Below the pieces are notes generated by a model. It saw only the letters and a list, made by a program, of their open reading frames with translations, did not search any database and had not been told where the DNA came from. The translations under genes were made by a program, and so were the position numbers. 64,000 nucleotides of DNA from an uncultured Clostridium sp. (GTDB taxonomy: Bacteria; Bacillota; Clostridia; TANB77; CAG-508): the NCBI GenBank assembly GCA_946497775.1, contig CAMMLS010000003.1, positions 1,072 to 65,071 of the forward strand. Reading direction: 5' to 3'. Below, in pieces: positions 19,341 through 29,648 of the stretch (position 1 is its first letter; each line of letters starts with the position of its first letter).

Positions 19341-20195
19341 ATGTTAAATTTTACAAAGATGCATGGGCTGGGGAATGATTATGTCTATATTGACTGTACT
19401 AAAAACGAGGAAATAGGAGACATACCTTCACTAGCTCAATTTGTTAGCAACAGGCATTTTGGAATTGGTTCTGATGGACTAATTTTAATTTGCAAGAGTG
19501 ATGTTGCTGATTTTAAAATGAGAATGTTCAATTATGATGGAAGTGAGGCAGAGATGTGTGGCAACGGCATTCGTTGTGTAGGAAAATTTGTATACGAAAA
19601 AGGTCTTACTGCTAAAACAGAAGTTACTATTGAAACATTAGCGGGAATTAAAGTTTTACAGTTAAATGTTGAAGATGGAAAGGTCAAAACTGTAAAAGTA
19701 GATATGGGTGAGCCTATTTTAGAGGCAAAACACATTCCTGTTATTTCTGACAAATCATTAGTTAATGACCTTAAAATTAATGTAGATGGAAAGGAATTTA
19801 TTTTTACTTGTGTTTCTATGGGAAATCCGCATGCTGTAACTTTGGTAAAGAATGTTAAAGAGTTTGATATTCAGAAATATGGACCAGCAATTGAAACAGA
19901 TAGACATTTTCCAAGTAGAACTAATGTTGAGTTTGCAGAAATATTAGATGAAGATAATATTAGAATGAGAGTATGGGAAAGAGGAGCAGGAGAAACTTTG
20001 GCATGTGGCACTGGTGCATGTGCAACTGCTGTTGCTTGTAGTTTAAACGGATACACTAAGCGTAAGGTAAATTTAGAACTTTTAGGAGGAATTCTAAATA
20101 TTGAATGGAATGAAAATAATCATGTGTATATGACAGGCCCTGCTACTACTGTGTTTGAAGGAGTAATTGATGAAAAGGAGGCTTTTAAACAATGA
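19341..20195 (+). CDS. dapF: diaminopimelate epimerase
   Basis: '[15 protein letters not shown]', 'EMCGNGIRC', 'LACGTGACA'. Confidence 0.93.
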   Translation: MLNFTKMHGLGNDYVYIDCTKNEEIGDIPSLAQFVSNRHFGIGSDGLILICKSDVADFKMRMFNYDGSEAEMCGNGIRCVGKFVYEKGLTAKTEVTIETLAGIKVLQLNVEDGKVKTVKVDMGEPILEAKHIPVISDKSLVNDLKINVDGKEFIFTCVSMGNPHAVTLVKNVKEFDIQKYGPAIETDRHFPSRTNVEFAEILDEDNIRMRVWERGAGETLACGTGACATAVACSLNGYTKRKVNLELLGGILNIEWNENNHVYMTGPATTVFEGVIDEKEAFKQ

Positions 20196-21421
20196 TAAAG
20201 ATTAATGAAAATTATTTAAAATTACAAGATAGCTATTTATTTTCAACAATTGCAAATAAAGTAGCAAAGTTTACATCTGAAAATCCAGATAAAGAGATTA
20301 TAAGATTAGGAATTGGAGATGTAACTCTTCCAATTATTCCAGAAAGCATAAAGGCTATGCATAATGCAGTGGATGAATTAAAAACCAAGGAAGGTTTTAA
20401 AGGATATGGACCAGAACAGGGCTATGAGTTTTTAAGAGAGAAGATAGCGAAATTCGATTATGAGAATAGAGGTATTAAAATAGATATTGACGAAATATTT
20501 GTATCAGATGGATCAAAGTGTGACTGTGGAAATATTGGTGACATTTTAGCAGTAGATAATAAAGTTGCAATAACAGATCCTGTTTATCCGGTATATTTAG
20601 ATACAAATGTCATGGCAGGTAGAACAAAAGAATTTGTTGAGAGTAAAAATAAATTTGAAGGGATTGTATACATCCCAGTTTCAGATAAAAATGGATTTAT
20701 ACCAGAATTACCAACCGAAAAAGTTGATATGATTTATTTATGTTTTCCAAATAATCCAACAGGAACTGTATTAAATAAAAAGGAACTAAAAAAATGGGTT
20801 GATTATGCAAAAGAAAATAAAGCAATAATATTATTTGACTCTGCATATGAAAGATATATTACAGAAGAAAATATTCCACATAGCATATACGAAGTTGAAG
20901 GAGCAAAAGAGGTTGCAATAGAATTTAGAAGTTTCTCTAAAACTGCTGGATTTACTGGTGTAAGATGTGCATATACTATCGTACCTAAGGAATTATATGG
21001 TTATACAGAAAACGGAGATAAAGTTTCAATAAATAAATTATGGAATAGAAGACAATGTACTAAATTTAATGGTGTTTCTTATGTAACTCAAAGAGCAGCA
21101 GAAGCTATATATTCTGAGCAAGGACAAAAAGAAATTGAAGAAAATATTAAATACTATATGGAAAATGCTAAAATAATAAGAGAAGGATTAAAAGAAGCAG
21201 GATTTACTGTTTACGGAGGAGTTAATGCACCATATATTTGGCTAAAATGCCCAGGAGGCTTAACATCTTGGGAATTTTTTGATAAATTACTACAAGAGAA
21301 AGGTATTGTTGGAACGCCAGGAGTTGGATTTGGACCAAGTGGAGAAGGCTTTTTTAGGTTAACCGCATTTGGGAGTAGAGAAAACACTATAAAGGCAATA
21401 GAAAAAATAAAAAATAATTAA
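20192..21421 (+). CDS. dapL: LL-diaminopimelate aminotransferase
   Basis: '[13 protein letters not shown]', 'CFPNNPTG', '[15 protein letters not shown]'. 4-nt overlap with dapF. Confidence 0.88.
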   Translation: MIKINENYLKLQDSYLFSTIANKVAKFTSENPDKEIIRLGIGDVTLPIIPESIKAMHNAVDELKTKEGFKGYGPEQGYEFLREKIAKFDYENRGIKIDIDEIFVSDGSKCDCGNIGDILAVDNKVAITDPVYPVYLDTNVMAGRTKEFVESKNKFEGIVYIPVSDKNGFIPELPTEKVDMIYLCFPNNPTGTVLNKKELKKWVDYAKENKAIILFDSAYERYITEENIPHSIYEVEGAKEVAIEFRSFSKTAGFTGVRCAYTIVPKELYGYTENGDKVSINKLWNRRQCTKFNGVSYVTQRAAEAIYSEQGQKEIEENIKYYMENAKIIREGLKEAGFTVYGGVNAPYIWLKCPGGLTSWEFFDKLLQEKGIVGTPGVGFGPSGEGFFRLTAFGSRENTIKAIEKIKNN

Positions 21422-21424
21422 ATT

Positions 21425-21452
21425 AAAAAGTGCTGATATTTCAGCACTTTTT
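21425..21452 (+). terminator. intrinsic terminator
   Basis: aaaaagtgctga tatt tcagcacttttt. Confidence 0.75.
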
Positions 21453-21493
21453 AATTTTAAACAAAAAAACTTAAAAAAAATATAAAAAAACTA

Positions 21494-21522
21494 TTGACAT
21501 TAATTATAAAATCTCTTATAAT
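21494..21522 (+). promoter_or_regulatory. sigma-A-type promoter for the tRNA pair
   Basis: TTGACA (21494-21499), 17-nt spacer, TATAAT (21517-21522), about 20 nt upstream of the tRNA. Confidence 0.65.
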
Positions 21523-21541
21523 TAATCTTGCGTTAAGCAAT

Positions 21542-21618
21542 GCGCCCTTAGCTCAGTTGGTCAGAGCAACCGGCTCATAACCGGTGGGTCCAAGGTTCGA
21601 ATCCTTGAGGGCGCACCA
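21542..21618 (+). tRNA. tRNA with CAU anticodon (elongator Met, or Ile2 if lysidine-modified)
   Basis: Acceptor GCGCCCT/AGGGCGC, anticodon arm ACCGG-CTCATAA-CCGGT, T-arm CAAGG-TTCGAAT-CCTTG, encoded CCA. Confidence 0.85.
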
Positions 21619-21643
21619 TTTTTTTATTAAATTTTATATTCTT

Positions 21644-21729
21644 GGGTAGGTGGTCGAGTGGTTAAAGGCACCAGACTGTAAATCTGGCCGCGAGAGCGTA
21701 CGATGGTTCGAATCCATCCCTGCCCACCA
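21644..21729 (+). tRNA. tRNA-Tyr (GUA)
   Basis: Acceptor GGGTAGG/CCTGCCC, anticodon loop CTGTAAA, long variable arm, T-arm GATGG-TTCGAAT-CCATC, CCA. Confidence 0.85.
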
Positions 21730-21774
21730 AAAGAACTTGTATCTGTTTAATTACAAAAGATACAAGTTCTTTTA
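21730..21774 (+). terminator. intrinsic terminator after the tRNA pair
   Basis: aagaacttgtatc ... gatacaagttctt + T-run. Confidence 0.75.
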
Positions 21775-21886
21775 TTCTTAAATAATATTTCGTATAATTT
21801 GTTTATAAAGGATAATAGAGATTGGCAAAATTTTGCAACCTTATTAATTTACTAGTGGTATTACTAATGAAGAGGTGGTGATATTT

Positions 21887-22285
21887 ATGAGTAAAAAAGC
21901 ATATTATGTTTTGGGAATTGTTTTAATTATTATATTGGTATCTGCAATTGCTTTTTTAGTACTAAATAAGGAGGATACAAGCACTACTATACAACCAAAT
22001 GATTTAGCTAAAGATACAATATTACAAGCAGCTCCAACAAGAGAAGATATTAGAATGGTTATGGTTGACGGGAAATTGTATTATGATACTGGTAGCGATA
22101 GCGATATTACAGCTAGATGTGGTGTTATGGATGGACAAATTACATCAACTGTAGAAAGTGGAGTTACTCCTACTGAGAATGACCAATCAAATTTTGGAAT
22201 AGATTATGGATATCAATTCGTGGACGAAAACAATATTGATGTGGTTATTGAAGGACATTGGGTTAGATTTAAAGTATCAGAATAG
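21887..22285 (+). CDS. hypothetical membrane-anchored protein
   Basis: RBS gaggtgg before ATG 21887. One N-terminal TM helix. No family recognised. Confidence 0.5.
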   Translation: MSKKAYYVLGIVLIIILVSAIAFLVLNKEDTSTTIQPNDLAKDTILQAAPTREDIRMVMVDGKLYYDTGSDSDITARCGVMDGQITSTVESGVTPTENDQSNFGIDYGYQFVDENNIDVVIEGHWVRFKVSE

Positions 22286-22390
22286 ATTAATAGTATAAAA
22301 AACTTCTTATAGTATAAATTATAAGGAGTTTTTTGTTTTATCATAAAACCTTAAAATTTACAATAAAATTTAAATAGGAGTTGAGTTTTT

Positions 22391-22889
22391 ATGAGATTAA
22401 TTGGATATGATAGGCAAAAGGCATATGCTTATGCTAAAAAGTGGGCTTTTAAAAGGAATCCTGCTTATTATAATTTTGATAATGTTGGAGGAGATTGCAC
22501 AAGTTTTGTGTCACAATGTATTTTTGCAGGAATTGGGGTAATGAATTATATAAAAGATGTTGGATGGTATTATAGAAATGGAAATGATAAGAGCCCATCT
22601 TGGAGTGGAGTTGAATTCCTTTATAATTTTTTGATTAATAATAAGTCTATTCGGACCTTATGGAATTAAGAGCAATCAAAACGAAATGCAAATTGGAGAT
22701 ATTGCTCAAATTTCATTTGATGGAGAAAAGTTCGCACATACTTTGATTATTACAAAAATAGAGGACATAAGCGATTTGGGTAAAATTTTAATTTCTTCAC
22801 ATACATATGATTCTTTTGATAAAAGTATTGGTAGCTATAATTTTGAAAAGATTAGGTTTGTTCATATTGTTGGGGGGAGAAAATTTTAG
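22391..22889 (+). CDS. putative amidase-domain protein; two halves joined by a +1 shift at CGG 22652-22654
   Basis: 'YDRQKAYAYAKKWA..NPAYYNF..GGDCTSFVSQC' in ORF 22391-22669. After ATT-CGG the +1 frame reads G-PYGIKSNQNEMQIGDIAQISF...SSHTYDS...RFVHI (ORF 22686-22889). Confidence 0.7.
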
Positions 22890-22984
22890 GACACCTCATA
22901 TTAATTAAAAATATATTGACGTAACATTACTGTTGTGATAATATATGTAATGAAATAAAATTGTTTAAAAGGGGAGGAAATAGT

Positions 22985-23986
22985 ATGAAACTTAGAAATA
23001 TTTTTACTATTTTAGTTATTTCATTATTTATATTAACAGCAAGTGTTTCGGGTTATTCGGCAGAAACATTTAGCATAGTTGTTGGAGAAAATTATGAGCA
23101 AACTGAAGAAGATGGTATTGTAATGTTTCAAAATCCTGAAACAGGAGACAATATTGTAGTTCAAGAGATTGAACAAAAAATAATTGGTGGAAAACTTACT
23201 ACATATCAGCTAAATTCAATTACAAATGAAATTGTAAATCAATATAAAGATTTATTTGATGCTGAGGTTGAGCAATTAGGAAAAGAAGATGTTACTATTA
23301 ACGGAAGAAATGTTACAAGATTAACTTTTAAAACTACTCTTTTTGAGTCTGCTATTTATCAAGAACTAAATATTTTTGTCGCAACAGATAAGATATATGA
23401 TATTATATTTACATCTACAACAGAAGATGGATTTTCAGATGAAGAAAAGTCTGCTGTGTTAAATTCTTTTGAAATTATTGAAGATACAAATAATACATCA
23501 GAGGATACAAATACTGACACATCAACTAATAATGAATATACACCAGTAGCTTACGATTTAACAAATCTTGAGCTGGCTTGGATTGAGATTGGGATAATTT
23601 TTATTGCAGGTGTTGTTTTAACAATTTTTGCTATTAAACGTAATCCTAAGAACAAATTATATATTTTAGCAATTATTCTTTTAGTATTACAAGTTGCAGC
23701 AGTAAAAGGATATGAAATTCAATATGGAAGTACAAAAGGAATAACAGAAGATGTGGCATATAATATAGGATTCTTTGTACTTGCAATTATTGGTATAATA
23801 CTACTTATTATACAAGTTGCTAAAAAACCTAAACAAGAGCAAGAAATAAAAGCTGAAAAAGAAGAGAATAAAGTAGAACAAGAACCTGTAAAAGAATTAG
23901 AAGAAAACAAAGATACATCACAAGAAAAAGAAGTTATTGAAGAAAAGAAAGAAGATTCAGAAGAGAATAAAGAAGATAAAGAATAA
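22985..23986 (+). CDS. hypothetical envelope protein (signal peptide, extracellular domain, 3-4 TM helices, Glu/Lys-rich tail)
   Basis: RBS ggggagg before ATG 22985. No family recognised. Confidence 0.5.
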   Translation: MKLRNIFTILVISLFILTASVSGYSAETFSIVVGENYEQTEEDGIVMFQNPETGDNIVVQEIEQKIIGGKLTTYQLNSITNEIVNQYKDLFDAEVEQLGKEDVTINGRNVTRLTFKTTLFESAIYQELNIFVATDKIYDIIFTSTTEDGFSDEEKSAVLNSFEIIEDTNNTSEDTNTDTSTNNEYTPVAYDLTNLELAWIEIGIIFIAGVVLTIFAIKRNPKNKLYILAIILLVLQVAAVKGYEIQYGSTKGITEDVAYNIGFFVLAIIGIILLIIQVAKKPKQEQEIKAEKEENKVEQEPVKELEENKDTSQEKEVIEEKKEDSEENKEDKE

Positions 23987-24109
23987 TTAATAATACAATT
24001 TAATACCCAGATGTTTTAATATCTGGGTATATTTGTATAAAATTCTACAAAAACTATTGCAAAACGAATCTAAAAGAGATATAATATAACGCATAATCAA
24101 AATAAAAAC

Positions 24110-24356
24110 AAAGAAAAGGATACGGCAGGTAAAGTAAAACTTATAAGAGAGCCAAATAGTAGCTGAGATTTTGGTAAGATAATATGTTACTTGTTATCAC
24201 CTTGGAGTTGCTTGTTTGAAATTTTAGTAAAACAAGTCGTATGTCTGCGTTAAAGATAAATTAAGAGAAAAGTAAAACTTTTAAAATAGGTGGTACCGCG
24301 GAATTTAACCATTTCGTCCTATGTTAGTAAACATATGGATGAAATGGTTTTTTGAT
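24110..24356 (+). promoter_or_regulatory. T-box leader, isoleucine specifier (AUC), with terminator
   Basis: 'aataggtggtaccgcg' at 24285-24300. Terminator aaccatttcgtcc...ggatgaaatggtttttt. 'gttATCAccttggagt' specifier context parallels the thrS leader. Confidence 0.8.
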
Positions 24357-24409
24357 TTTTTAAAGCGGTAAATTCTAAAAAATAAACTTTAATTGGGGGA
24401 GAGAAAAAG

Positions 24410-27184
24410 ATGAGTGAAGAAAAGAAAGATTATGGAAAAACTTTAAATTTGCCTAAAACAGATTTTCCTATGAGGGCAAGTCTGCCAGAAAATGAACCAA
24501 AAATTCTAGAAAATGTATTTGAAAATGGTTTATATGAAAAATGTTTAAAGAAAAATGAAGGAAATGAACCTTTTGTATTACATGATGGACCTCCATATGC
24601 TAATGGTGAAATTCATATAGGACATGCTTTAAACAAAATATTAAAGGATACAATTGTTAGATATAAAAATTTACAAGGATATTACACTCCATATATACCA
24701 GGGTATGATACACATGGTATGCCAACAGAGAAGAAAGCTATTGAAAAATTAGGTATAAACAGAGATGAAATACCTGTATCTAAATTTAGAGATATTTGCA
24801 AAGAATTTAATGAAAAATATATAGATGTTCAAACAAAAGGCTTTAAAAGACTTGGTGTTTTAGGAGATTGGGAACATCCATATATAACATATCAACCACA
24901 AATGGAAGCTAAACAAATTGAAGTTTTTGCAGATATGTACAAAAAAGGATATATATATAAAGGTCTAAAACCAGTTTACTGGTGTACAGATTGCGAAACA
25001 GCGTTAGCAGAAGCAGAAATCGAATATAAAGACCATAAAACAACATCTATTTATGTTAAATTCCCAGTAAAAGATTCAAAAGGATTATTTGATGCTGATA
25101 ATACTTTTTTTGTTATATGGACTACAACTCCTTGGACTTTACCTGGTAACGTTGCTATCACAATAGGGGAAGATTATGATTACAGCATAGTTGACACTGG
25201 AAAAGAAAAACTAATATTGGCTAGTGAACTTGTAAAACCAGTAATGGAACTTGCAGAGATTGAAGAATATAAAGAAGTAAAGAAGTTTAAAGGAAAAGAA
25301 TTAGAAGGAGTTTTATGCAAGCATCCATTCATAGATAGAGATTCAAGAGTTGTACTTGGAAGTGATGATACAATCTTAGTTGAATTAGATGCTGGTACTG
25401 GTGCAGTACACACAGCTCCTGGCTATGGTAAAGAAGACTATTTATGTAGCTTAAAAAATAATTTAGAAATAATAGTTTGTGTAGATGGAAAAGGATATCA
25501 AACAGAAGAGGCAGGCCCTTTTGCTGGAATGTACTATGAAAAATCTAATGATGCTATTATAGAATGGTTAGAAGAACATGGATATCTTCTAAAAAAACAA
25601 TCAATACTTCATCAATACCCACATTGTTGGAGATGTAAAAATCCAATAGTATTTAGAGCAACAAATCAATGGTTTGCATCTGTTGATGGATTTAGAAAAG
25701 AAACATTAGAAGCAATAAAAACAGTAAAATGGTATCCTGCTTGGGGTGAAGAGAGAATTACTAAAATGGTTGAAGAAAGAAACGACTGGTGTATTTCAAG
25801 ACAACGTACTTGGGGAGTTCCAATTCCAATATTCTATTGTGAAGATTGCGGAAAAGAATATGTAACACCAGAAAGTCTAACCAAAGTTCAAGAAATAGTA
25901 AGACAAAAAGGTACAAATGCATGGTTTGATATGCCAGCAGAAGAATTATTACCAGAAGGCGCAAAATGCTCTTGTGGATCTACAAAATTTAGAAAAGAAA
26001 CAGATATAATGGATGTTTGGTTTGATTCTGGTTCAACACATGTTTCTGCACTTGAAGAAAGAGGAATTCCAAGTGCTGATTTATATCTAGAAGGTAGCGA
26101 CCAATATAGAGGTTGGTTCCAATCTTCACTTTTAACATCTGTTGCAACAAGAGGTAAAGCACCATATAAAGGTGTTGTAACTCATGGTTATACAGTAGAT
26201 GAACAAGGAAGAAAAATGTCTAAATCATTAGGAAATGGAATTGACCCATGGGATGTAATAAATGAATCTGGTGCAGATATATTAAGACTTTGGGTATTAT
26301 CATCTGACTATACATCAGATATTAGTATTTCAAAAGGTATACTAAAACAAGTAAGTGAAGTTTACAGAAAAATAAGAAATACTGCTAGATATATATTAGG
26401 AAATACAAGCGATTTTGACGTAAACAACAAAGTTCCATATGAAGATTTAGAAGAAATCGATAAATGGGCATTAACAAGACTTAATAATTTAATAAGGGTA
26501 TGCACAAAAGCATATGATGAATACGAATTTAACAGAGCATACCAAGCAATTAATCACTTCTGTGTTGTAGATATGAGTAATTTCTATTTAGATATAATAA
26601 AAGATAGATTATACACATATAAAAAGGATTCAAAAGAAAGAAGAGCTGCTCAAACTGCAATGTATGAAATTTTACATTCATTAGTTAGAATTTTAGCACC
26701 AATGACAAGCTTTACAGCAGAAGAAATATGGAGCTTTATGCCACATAAAGAAGGCGAAAGCTTAGAAAGTGTAATGCTTACAATGTGGCCAAAAGTAAAT
26801 CCTGAATATGATAATAAAGAATTATCTGAAAAATGGGATAAAATAATTGCTTTAAAAGAAGAAGTTGCTAAAAAACTTGAACTTGCAAGAGCAGATAAAA
26901 CAATAGGTCATTCACTTAATGCAAAAGTTACAATACATGCAAGTGGAGAAAAATACGATTTTATAAAATCAGTAGAGTCAGAACTATTACAAGTATTTAT
27001 AGTATCAGATTTAGAAATAGTTAAAGATGATAAAAAGGATGAAGACACCTCTTTTGGAATTGCAGTAGATATTTCCGTTGCAGAAGGTGAAAAATGTGAG
27101 CGATGCTGGATGTATTCAAAAACAGTAGGAGAAGACAAAGAAAATCCTACAATCTGCCATAGATGTAGTGAGAATTTAAAATAA
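24410..27184 (+). CDS. ileS: isoleucine--tRNA ligase
   Basis: 924 aa. 'GEIHIGHALNK' (HIGH), 'KMSKSLGN', C-terminal Zn-finger cysteines (CERCW...CHRC). Confidence 0.97.
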   Translation: MSEEKKDYGKTLNLPKTDFPMRASLPENEPKILENVFENGLYEKCLKKNEGNEPFVLHDGPPYANGEIHIGHALNKILKDTIVRYKNLQGYYTPYIPGYDTHGMPTEKKAIEKLGINRDEIPVSKFRDICKEFNEKYIDVQTKGFKRLGVLGDWEHPYITYQPQMEAKQIEVFADMYKKGYIYKGLKPVYWCTDCETALAEAEIEYKDHKTTSIYVKFPVKDSKGLFDADNTFFVIWTTTPWTLPGNVAITIGEDYDYSIVDTGKEKLILASELVKPVMELAEIEEYKEVKKFKGKELEGVLCKHPFIDRDSRVVLGSDDTILVELDAGTGAVHTAPGYGKEDYLCSLKNNLEIIVCVDGKGYQTEEAGPFAGMYYEKSNDAIIEWLEEHGYLLKKQSILHQYPHCWRCKNPIVFRATNQWFASVDGFRKETLEAIKTVKWYPAWGEERITKMVEERNDWCISRQRTWGVPIPIFYCEDCGKEYVTPESLTKVQEIVRQKGTNAWFDMPAEELLPEGAKCSCGSTKFRKETDIMDVWFDSGSTHVSALEERGIPSADLYLEGSDQYRGWFQSSLLTSVATRGKAPYKGVVTHGYTVDEQGRKMSKSLGNGIDPWDVINESGADILRLWVLSSDYTSDISISKGILKQVSEVYRKIRNTARYILGNTSDFDVNNKVPYEDLEEIDKWALTRLNNLIRVCTKAYDEYEFNRAYQAINHFCVVDMSNFYLDIIKDRLYTYKKDSKERRAAQTAMYEILHSLVRILAPMTSFTAEEIWSFMPHKEGESLESVMLTMWPKVNPEYDNKELSEKWDKIIALKEEVAKKLELARADKTIGHSLNAKVTIHASGEKYDFIKSVESELLQVFIVSDLEIVKDDKKDEDTSFGIAVDISVAEGEKCERCWMYSKTVGEDKENPTICHRCSENLK

Positions 27185-27199
27185 ATGTAAAATAAAAAA

Positions 27200-27235
27200 A
27201 TGAACAATTAGAATATTTCTAATTGTTCATTTTTT
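27200..27235 (+). terminator. intrinsic terminator
   Basis: atgaacaattag aatattt ctaattgttcat + TTTTT. Confidence 0.75.
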
Positions 27236-27274
27236 ATGAAAACAGAAAAACAAGGCACTTAATATACCTTGTTT

Positions 27275-27358
27275 TGGTGCGGTTGAGAGGACTTGAACCC
27301 CCACGTCAAAGACACTAGATCCTAAGTCTAGCGCGTCTGCCAGTTCCGCCACAACCGC
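27275..27358 (-). tRNA. tRNA-Leu (UAG)
   Basis: Revcomp reads GCGGTTG...anticodon loop CTTAGGA...long variable arm...GGTTCAAGTCC...CAACCGC-A-CCA. A hairpin at 27247-27274 lies downstream on the minus strand. Confidence 0.85.
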
Positions 27359-27519
27359 GATTAACAATATATATATTAACACTTGTAATTTAATTTGTCA
27401 ATAGAAATTTTTATTTTTTTATAAATTTGTAATTAAGAAGATTAAGATATATTTAACAATTTTGGTATATATGTATATTATCTTGAAACAATAATTAATA
27501 AATGTAAAGGAGATAATTT

Positions 27520-28524
27520 ATGTTTATACCAAATTTAATTTTATATGAAGAAAATATTGAAAACTATGAACTTGGAAGAGAACTTTTAGATAGATATAAA
27601 AAATATAATGTTGAAATGAGGACTATTGAAAATCATAATAATATATTGGAAATGAGAGAAAAGTCAAATAAAGATTTCCCTAAAATGAAAAGAAATTTAA
27701 TTATTGGAATTAGAAAAACTCATAAATTTGTTCCAAACCATAAAACATCAGATTTTCTTGTACCATATACATCTTCTGGATGTATTGCTATGTGTTTATA
27801 TTGCTATTTAGTGTGTAATTATAATAAATGTGCATATTTAAGATTGTTTGTAAATAGAGAAGAAATGCTAGATAAAATTATTAAAACCGCTAATAAAAGT
27901 GAAAAAGAATTAACATTTGAAATAGGAAGCAACAGTGATTTGATATTAGAAAATACTATTACTGGGAATTTAGAATGGACAATAAAGAATTTTGTCCCAA
28001 ATAACAAAGGATTTTTAACTTTTCCAACCAAATTTAGTATGGTTGACCCGCTTCTTTCTTTGGAACATAATGGAAGAGTAATAATAAGAATGAGTATGAA
28101 TCCAGAAGAATATATAAGAAAAATAGAAATAGGCACATCACCTTTAAAAGAAAGAGTAGAGGCAATAAACAAACTAAAAAAAGCTGGCTATAAAATAGGA
28201 ATACTAATAGCACCTATAATACTATTAGAAGATTGGAAAGAAAAATATACAGAATTAATAAAATATTTATCAAAAAATCTAAGCGAAGAAGTAAAAAAAG
28301 ACGTTTTCTTTGAGCTTATATTTATGACATACAGTTATGTACACAGAAAAATAAACGAAGAAGCATTCCCGGGTACTGTTAATTTATATGATAGTAACTT
28401 AATGACCGGAAGAGGAATGGGCAAATACTCATACAACAAAAATGCTAGGGCAGAAGCTGAAATTTATTTAAGAGAACTATTTAATAAATATTTCTCTAAT
28501 AATAGAATTGAATATATTGTATAG
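27520..28524 (+). CDS. splB: spore photoproduct lyase (radical SAM)
   Basis: 334 aa. 'SSGCIAMCLYCYL' CX3CX2C cluster, N-terminus 'FIPNLILYEENIENYELG', overall SplB-like layout. Confidence 0.8.
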   Translation: MFIPNLILYEENIENYELGRELLDRYKKYNVEMRTIENHNNILEMREKSNKDFPKMKRNLIIGIRKTHKFVPNHKTSDFLVPYTSSGCIAMCLYCYLVCNYNKCAYLRLFVNREEMLDKIIKTANKSEKELTFEIGSNSDLILENTITGNLEWTIKNFVPNNKGFLTFPTKFSMVDPLLSLEHNGRVIIRMSMNPEEYIRKIEIGTSPLKERVEAINKLKKAGYKIGILIAPIILLEDWKEKYTELIKYLSKNLSEEVKKDVFFELIFMTYSYVHRKINEEAFPGTVNLYDSNLMTGRGMGKYSYNKNARAEAEIYLRELFNKYFSNNRIEYIV

Positions 28525-28533
28525 GTAAAATAT

Positions 28534-29394
28534 TTATTTTTTTATTCTACAACAATCAAAAAGATAATAAAGAGGATAAGGAATATGATTTTTTTCTAGT
28601 AGTTTATCAATAATTTGAGGTTTATCTACAAAAAAGTTAGCTGAAAGTATTTCTCTTTGTTTTCTATTAAAGAAGCAAGCTAATAGTGGAATATCACTGG
28701 TTTTATATCCAATCCTGTTTTCTTTTAAATATTTACAAGTAAACAATTTGCAAGCCATACAACTTATAGTGCATTTTTTATTTACTAAATGCTTGCACAA
28801 TTGTACATTGGTTGCTCCTTTCCAAATACTATAATCAAAAGAATAACAACATCCCATTGTTTCATGTACTGTTTTGTTTGCTCTGCTAGCTATACATTTA
28901 TCACACTTAAAATCACAATAATTATTTACAGCAAATTGTTCATCTAACTTATTGCATATAACATCATATATAAATTCATATTGCAAACGTTTATTATCTA
29001 TTAAAAGTGCCTGCACGGAATTTATTATATTTGAATAATCTAAATCTACATTTTCTGTTACTATTGCACACTTAATATTAATGCCTTCTATTAAATTTCC
29101 AATATGAATATTTGTTATATTACAATAATTAAATATCTTTATAAGATTTGAAATAATCTTTTTTTGTTCATCAATATTATAATTATTAGAAATATTAATA
29201 ACTATAAAAATCGATTCATTTATATTGGGGTTTAGCAATTTATTTATTTTTTTACTATTAATACTATTATTAAAACTAAATCCATTTTCATTAATATATA
29301 TAATGTTAGATGTGATTTTGTTATAAATTTCTTCTAAATCTGAAAGTATATATATATTATTAACAATTTTTTTATTTTCTAATTTACTATTCAT
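28534..29394 (-). CDS. cysteine-rich hypothetical protein
   Basis: ORF 28534-29502. The ATG at 29394 is preferred (AGGTGG 9 nt upstream). C-terminal half carries about 17 Cys, including 'CDFKCDKC' and 'GCCYSF'. Confidence 0.5.
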   Translation of the reverse strand: MNSKLENKKIVNNIYILSDLEEIYNKITSNIIYINENGFSFNNSINSKKINKLLNPNINESIFIVINISNNYNIDEQKKIISNLIKIFNYCNITNIHIGNLIEGINIKCAIVTENVDLDYSNIINSVQALLIDNKRLQYEFIYDVICNKLDEQFAVNNYCDFKCDKCIASRANKTVHETMGCCYSFDYSIWKGATNVQLCKHLVNKKCTISCMACKLFTCKYLKENRIGYKTSDIPLLACFFNRKQREILSANFFVDKPQIIDKLLEKNHIPYPLYYLFDCCRIKK

Positions 29395-29648
29395 TTCCAA
29401 CATCCACCTATAAATAGTATAACACTGTATGGTTATATTAACAATATAAAACATAAAAATACTTATAAAGAATTTAAAATTGAAGATAATTGTATTTTCC
29501 ATTGCTAAATATTAGGTTAAAACTAATATTTGGAGTTTTATTTTTAAGATTATATAAAAAGGCAATGTAATAGTAGTTATTTAGTTGACAAAATGATGTT
29601 TTAAAGATAGAATGTAGTAGACAAATTGCGTTATTCGGAGGAAAGCAA

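Noticed and set aside
29636-29648. The CGG within 'ttattcggaggaaagcaaatg' upstream of the first GT2, and the CGG/CCG trinucleotides in the T-box leaders and tRNAs.
   Set aside because: These are non-coding contexts (an RBS or structured RNA) and are not relevant to codon-level recoding.
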